The notes under the pieces were generated by a model. That model did no database searches. It was not told where the DNA came from and saw nothing but the letters and a program-made list of their open reading frames with translations. Below, in pieces: positions 58,944 to 64,000 of a stretch of DNA of 64,000 bases. The translations under genes and the position numbers were made by a program. This stretch comes from Selaginella moellendorffii. Taxonomy: Eukaryota > Plantae > Lycopodiophyta. Where the stretch lies: the NCBI RefSeq assembly GCF_000143415.4, contig NW_003314261.1, forward strand, positions 496,001-560,000, given 5' to 3'. Numbering within the stretch: position 1 is the first letter of the stretch; each line of letters opens with the position of its first letter.

Positions 58944-60050
58944 TCACTGCCTGCAAACTTCTCGGCGAGTGTTGTTGATGCTCATGAAGGAGAGGTAGAT
59001 GTTCACCTCGAGATCGTCCAAGAGCTGGCTTAGAATCATTTGGTTCCGCCTCAATCGCTCCAGCGACTGGCTGAGCATCGATCGATCTTCGCGGTACCGG
59101 ATCGAGAACGCCACCGCCTTGTTGGTGAAGTCGATCTCGCTGCCCAGCCTCATCACCAGCCTCCTCGTCGTGTCTAGATCCTGGACCACCACGAAAGTCC
59201 CCTGGCTCACGGCTTCCACTTGCCTCCACTGCCTCTCGAGAGCGTTGAGCTTCTTCCTCTTGCGGAGATTGAGGCGCCGGACCACGTAGCCGATAGGGAA
59301 CGTGAAGACTTTGCAGCCGACGACAAGCGCCGCCACCGCCAGGAACAGCGCAAGCGTCGTCACCAGGAGCACGATGAAGCAACCAATGGACAAGATCACC
59401 GTCGAGACCTTGAGGCACGCCCTTGTGAGCCGGAGCTTCTTCCCGACTTTCTTCCGGATCTTGTCCAGCTTCTTCTGCATGCCGAGGCAATGGTCGTGGA
59501 GCGGCTGGAACTGCTGCACCACCGCTACCGAGAAGAGATTCTCACCCTCGTCGATGGAGCAAAGCTCGCGTAAGATCTCTTGGTCGCTTGTCTGGCTCTT
59601 GAGGATGCCCCCAATCTCCTGGCACCTGTCCCGGGAGCTTTGGATGCTCTTGAGGAGCGAAGCCCAGAGCGCGGACGACTTCCGGCTCTCCTCCAGGTAC
59701 TCGGAAACCAGCTGGTGGATCTCGGGTATCTTCCCCAGCTCCTTGTTCGTGGTGAGAAGCGCAAGGATCTTATCCTCCTCGGGCTCCAGTAAGGTGGCAG
59801 CAAGCCGCTCGAACGATCTCGGCATTGGCGAGACGGACCCCTGAGCACTAGTTCCAGTCTCCCTGTTTAGTCGAGCCACGGCCACCCTCTCCGCAAACTC
59901 CACATACGAGTCCGTCCTGATCGCCCTCTGGTACTCTTGCTCCACATCCAGCACCACGGACGTCTCGGCTACATTGTCATCCCCGCCTTGCCACCGGAGC
60001 CATCTCGACACGGCTGACCATACATGAGCTGAAACAAGGCATACACCCAT
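58944..60050 (-). CDS. UPF0496/DUF677 family membrane protein
   Basis: EYQRAIRTDSY, LLEPEE, central TM helices, GTFVVVQDLDTTRRLVMRL. Confidence 0.8.
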   Translation of the reverse strand: MGVCLVSAHVWSAVSRWLRWQGGDDNVAETSVVLDVEQEYQRAIRTDSYVEFAERVAVARLNRETGTSAQGSVSPMPRSFERLAATLLEPEEDKILALLTTNKELGKIPEIHQLVSEYLEESRKSSALWASLLKSIQSSRDRCQEIGGILKSQTSDQEILRELCSIDEGENLFSVAVVQQFQPLHDHCLGMQKKLDKIRKKVGKKLRLTRACLKVSTVILSIGCFIVLLVTTLALFLAVAALVVGCKVFTFPIGYVVRRLNLRKRKKLNALERQWRQVEAVSQGTFVVVQDLDTTRRLVMRLGSEIDFTNKAVAFSIRYREDRSMLSQSLERLRRNQMILSQLLDDLEVNIYLSFMSINNTRREVCRQ

Positions 60051-60518
60051 GAGAATCTCGTAGAAGCAAGGAATGCAGCCATAGCTCAGTGCTTACATAG
60101 CCTCTCTCGTGAGCTCTCAAGCCAAAGATGAAGCAGCTTACTTGGTTTTAATGATGCGCTCATCGGTGCTACTTGTTGCTGCTCCTTGGAGATAATCACT
60201 TGTCCTGCGCGAGAATCTAGGATGTCCCTACAGACAGATCGCGTCAGCAACCCAAAGAGGAAGAGCGTGCACGAGAGCACTAAAGCCCTAAAACCTTTGG
60301 CACCAGATTTCTTAGCGTAATCTCGCCGCCACGCTAGAGCGTGTGGAACAAGACAGCCAGCGAATGGGCGAGAGAAAAACCAGGAAGAACACCTAAGCAA
60401 TGTGTAGAGAAGAAAGAGGCCATCACTCAAGAAAGCAAAGAAATCATGCGAAGAAATCGCGATTGATTATCGATCAGGCATCCACATCTTACCTGCAAAT
60501 GCCGGTGGAGGCGTCGAA

Positions 60519-62207
60519 ATGCCGCATTTCTTGCCAGGCGCCTTCGTCCCCGCCACGGAATCGCGAGCCTCTCCCACCGAAATATTTCCCAATGCGGCTG
60601 CGATGGAGCAATCTCCCGACGCCGCCTGGGCCAGATCGATCAAATCCTGCGATGACATCGTCACGGCACGGCAGATTCACGACAGCGTTCGCGGATTACC
60701 GAGCATCTACCTTCACAATCTCGTCATCGAGATGTATGGCCGCTGCGGCCGCCTAGACGACGCGCGCCGCGCCTTCGCCGCCATCCCAATCCCTAATCGC
60801 TTCTCCTGGAACATCCTCTTCCAGGCGTGCGTCGCCAATGGCCAGCTCCACGAAGCCAGCGGCATCTTCGAGAATATGCCCGAGAGGGACCTGGTATCCT
60901 GGAACGCAATGCTCGCCGCATATTCCCAGGCCGGGCATTTGCATCCCGCCCAGCGCCTCTTCCAGGAGATGCCCGAGCACAACGTCGTGTCGTGGACGAC
61001 GCTCATGGCCGCGTTTGCCAACGGTGGAGATCTCGCTCGGGCGAGATCGACGTTCGAGGAAATGCCAGCACGGAACGTGGTGACGTGGACGACCATTATC
61101 GTTGCGTACGCCGACTGTTCCGAGCTGGCAGAGGCCCAACGGCTCTTTGATGCCATCCCGGAGAGGAACCTCGTGACGTGGACTGCCATGGTGGCAGCAT
61201 ATGCCCAGAACGGCCAATTGCCGCTAGCCATGTCAGTGTTTCATTCCATGCCTGAGCGCAATGCTCTTTCCTGGACGGCACTCTTGTTAGGGTTCTTAGA
61301 AGCCGGGGAGATTGATCGTGCTAGAGCTTTGCATGATCAGATGCCCGAGCTTAATGTGATCTCGTCCACAGCGATGCTAGCAGCGTATGCCGAGAGTGGG
61401 CAATTTGAGCAGGCAAAGAGTCTCTTCGACGCCATGCCCGATCGAAATATCGTCTCGTGGACTGCAATGCTCGTCGCGTACTCCAAGAGCCAACAATCTC
61501 TCGAGGCAATACAGCTCTTCAGCGCCATGGATCTGGAAGGAATCCATCCTGACGCCGTGAGCTTCATCGCAGTAGTGGATGCCTGTGCCGATGGGAGCGA
61601 TCTAGCACGAGGAAAGCTCCTACACCAGGAGATCATCCACCTCGGGTACCAATCCGACCAAGTCTTAAGCAACGCGCTTCTCAATCTCTATGGCAAATGC
61701 GGGAGATTGACAGAGGCCAAGAGCCTCTTCGATCGGTTGCCAGATCCTAGCACCGAATCCTGGAACGCGATGATTGCCATCTACACCCGCGGTGGCCAAA
61801 ACAATCTCGCCCTGGATCTCTTCCCGGCGATGAATCTCAGGGGATTCGAGCTGGACGAGATCAGCTTCGTGAGCGTGCTGTCTGCGTGCGGCCATGGCGG
61901 ATTCATGCCCGACGCCATCACCAAATTCGCTTCCATCTCCATGGACTTCGGGTTGGAGAGAAGTGCCAATCACTACCGGTGCCTGATCGATGCATTGGGG
62001 AGGGCAGGGAGGCTGAGAGATGCGAGGGATGTGATTGCGGCTATGCCTTACCAAGCAGATTGTATGGCCTGGACCTCTGTTCTTGGTGCGTGTCACACAA
62101 GTAGTGATCTAGAACAGGGAAGTAGTGCTGCACAGAGAGCTTTACAATTAGAACCCTCTTGCCCTAGCTCTTATGTTCTTCTCTCAAACATCCACTTCCA
62201 AGGGTAA
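60519..62207 (+). CDS. PLS-class PPR protein (E subclass)
   Basis: 562-aa ORF with MPERNLVSW repeats, SACGHGG, HYRCLIDALGRAG and YVLLSNI. Confidence 0.9.
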   Translation: MPHFLPGAFVPATESRASPTEIFPNAAAMEQSPDAAWARSIKSCDDIVTARQIHDSVRGLPSIYLHNLVIEMYGRCGRLDDARRAFAAIPIPNRFSWNILFQACVANGQLHEASGIFENMPERDLVSWNAMLAAYSQAGHLHPAQRLFQEMPEHNVVSWTTLMAAFANGGDLARARSTFEEMPARNVVTWTTIIVAYADCSELAEAQRLFDAIPERNLVTWTAMVAAYAQNGQLPLAMSVFHSMPERNALSWTALLLGFLEAGEIDRARALHDQMPELNVISSTAMLAAYAESGQFEQAKSLFDAMPDRNIVSWTAMLVAYSKSQQSLEAIQLFSAMDLEGIHPDAVSFIAVVDACADGSDLARGKLLHQEIIHLGYQSDQVLSNALLNLYGKCGRLTEAKSLFDRLPDPSTESWNAMIAIYTRGGQNNLALDLFPAMNLRGFELDEISFVSVLSACGHGGFMPDAITKFASISMDFGLERSANHYRCLIDALGRAGRLRDARDVIAAMPYQADCMAWTSVLGACHTSSDLEQGSSAAQRALQLEPSCPSSYVLLSNIHFQG

Positions 62208-62483
62208 ATTTGATAAAACTCTATCACCAATGTTAGAATAAAATTTTGTGGTAGTATAAAGATGACTTAATCAAATCAAAGTAGTGATCTACAAACCTAA
62301 GCCGATTGATTTACGTACACAAAGTCCAGACCATGGAAACGTTGGATCTAGAAAAGATTCGTACTGCAAACCTTTGTCTATGGCTAATCTAAAGATTAGA
62401 AAGGTACGATATCCAACAAAATCCATTAAGGCCATAGATTTTTAGTAAAGCTGAGAGGAGAGAAGCATTTCTTCCACTCCTCT

Positions 62484-63504
62484 ATGGCAGCGAGCGGAGC
62501 AGCGATGCTGTGTGCTCTTCCGGGCTGCACGAAGCTCGCATTCTTTCAAGAGAGCAGTGGCAAGCAGCACGAATGCTGCGGAAGAACCCATCACCTGATG
62601 GAGATGGTGCGTCGCAACAATGGACTGCTGCTCAATCCGCCAAAGCTCGATGGCCGCTGCCAGCTCTCGTCTTGCAACCATCCAGTGTGGAGCGGCGATC
62701 ACGACTTCTGCTGCAAGCGCCACGCCTTGGAGTGCCTCGATCAGACGCAGAGCATCGTCGCCAGGAAATGCGAGCTTCCGGGATGCGATCTCCCGGTGTG
62801 TGTGGAGACAACAGCGTCGGGCGGCATACGGGTCCACGATTTCTGTGGATGGTCTCACGCAAAACTCTCGCGCTCGCAAGGAAAGGTTCGTGCTCTCTGG
62901 ATTTCGGCTGGAAAGTGAAAGCTCCACTCTTGTTTTCTTTTGGGTTTGTGATCAGAGACGTCCCGATGTACTGAGCGCGGATCGAATCGTTGAGTGCTTG
63001 GAGGACTGGATTTCTAACCAGAGGATCAACGAGATCATACCGGATACAAACTTTTTCAGCAAACACCCCTGGAATGTGATCACTCCAGGTATTTCTTCCC
63101 GCCTCTCATTGTCTAGCGATTGATCGGTTGCCACAGGCTCCAGCACGATCACCTTGATCGCGCCATTGAAATGGAAGCGATCATCCCAGCGAGACAACAC
63201 CACGATCGAGGGCTGCCACTGGAAGCAGCAAGGCAAGCAGGAAAGCTTCGTCCTCCGCGGCCTCAAAGTGGAGAAGCGCAACTTGTCTTACATCGCTACC
63301 GAGCAGCACAGCAGCGATTTGAGCTTCTCGCTGGTGGAGTATGTTCTCAGCGATCACCCCCAGTTTGGAGCTTTCAAGATCAACGCGAGAGAGCGCGCGC
63401 GCGAGAAGAAAGTTAGAGTCGACAAGAAGAAGCGAAAGGTTGACGACGATGTTAAGATGCTGGTGGACGGTTTTCTGGCCGATTCACCCGAAGTTATTTT
63501 CTAG
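62484..63504 (+). CDS. Protein with three Cys/His zinc-finger-like repeats fused to a divergent NAC (NAM)-like domain; 3 exons
   Basis: CALPGC..CCGRTH, CQLSSC..FCCKRHA, CELPGC..FCGWSHA; introns 62886-62955 and 63089-63136 join in frame to IIPDTNFFSKHPW..HWKQQGK..KRNLSY..LVEYVL..AFKI. Confidence 0.6.
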
Positions 63505-63656
63505 AAACGCAAGATCAAGCTTAAGAGGTGTCAAAGAAACCTTTCTTCTTCTTCTTTCTTCTTTGTGGGCTTTACAAAACTTGCGTAAACTTTGATGTAC
63601 AGGGAAGAGCTTAGAACGGAAAAAAAAAACCGAAAAAAAAAAATTAAAGACGGTGG

Positions 63657-64000
63657 TCACTCACTATCTAGCGCAGCCAGCATTCTCTCCACGTCTTTGA
63701 GCAGCGTCGATCCTTTCCTCGACTTCTCGACGATCCTCTTGATCAAAACGTGACCCTGCCCGCCTTCTTCCGTATCGGACGCCGAGCTATCGTCGCGGGA
63801 GGAGCCATCGGAGCAGCTGAATCGCACCGGAGGAGAACTCTGATCGTTCCCCTGCGTCGCGTTTTCTTCCTCTGGTGGAGGTGTGTGAGCCTCCGACTTG
63901 ACGCTGCCCCTGGCGAGATTATCCCAGTACCGTATCTTGTCCAGCACCAGCGCACCGTTTCGCAATCTGAGAGCCCGGGGTGTGTTGAAGAGCTTGCTGG
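63657..64000 (-). CDS. C-terminal end of a gene running off the window (possibly POLAR-like)
   Basis: Open frame to the window edge ending LIKRIVEKSRKGSTLLKDVERML; the family link is from memory and tentative. Confidence 0.45.
   Translation of the reverse strand, partial: SKLFNTPRALRLRNGALVLDKIRYWDNLARGSVKSEAHTPPPEEENATQGNDQSSPPVRFSCSDGSSRDDSSASDTEEGGQGHVLIKRIVEKSRKGSTLLKDVERMLAALDSE

Noticed and set aside
42089-62104. Many antisense or overlapping ORFs over the PPR, PUB, DUF677 and Cys/Pro genes (e.g. 42751-43644, 47294-48061, 56049-56930)
   Set aside because: Shadow ORFs caused by GC-rich codon usage of the real genes.

Overview
Eukaryotic land-plant nuclear DNA. The very compact genes, 50-80 bp introns and many intronless PLS-class PPR genes suggest a lycophyte such as Selaginella (inference). 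Bases ~1-14.8 kb are a retrotransposon nest: an old inverted solo LTR (3502-14820, TSD TGTAG) containing a young, intact but apparently non-coding LTR element (3819-11645; TSD AAAGA, tRNA-iMet PBS, near-identical ~2 kb minisatellite-bearing LTRs, interior built of back-to-back short hairpins), a second solo LTR, and two ~160 bp TG..CA mini-elements. Bases 15-26.4 kb are an AT-rich rearranged zone: a bulb-type lectin ORF, PPR/LRR/GALT-like gene fragments in inverted, shuffled duplication, and a truncated tRNA-Pro. Bases 26-64 kb are gene-dense: LRR-RLP, BAT1-like permease, Abitram-like, ABCF pseudogene with an internal micro-inversion, RRM-only ALY-like, tRNA-Glu, FAD oxidoreductase, a compact tRNA-like element, PLGG1, PPRs, SRPBCC/polyketide cyclase, PP2C, PUB, CW-MORC, ERD2, a Cys/Pro-repeat desiccation-related ferritin-like protein, XRI1-like, DUF677 and a zinc-finger-repeat/NAC-like fusion. 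All family assignments come from motif recognition, not database searches.
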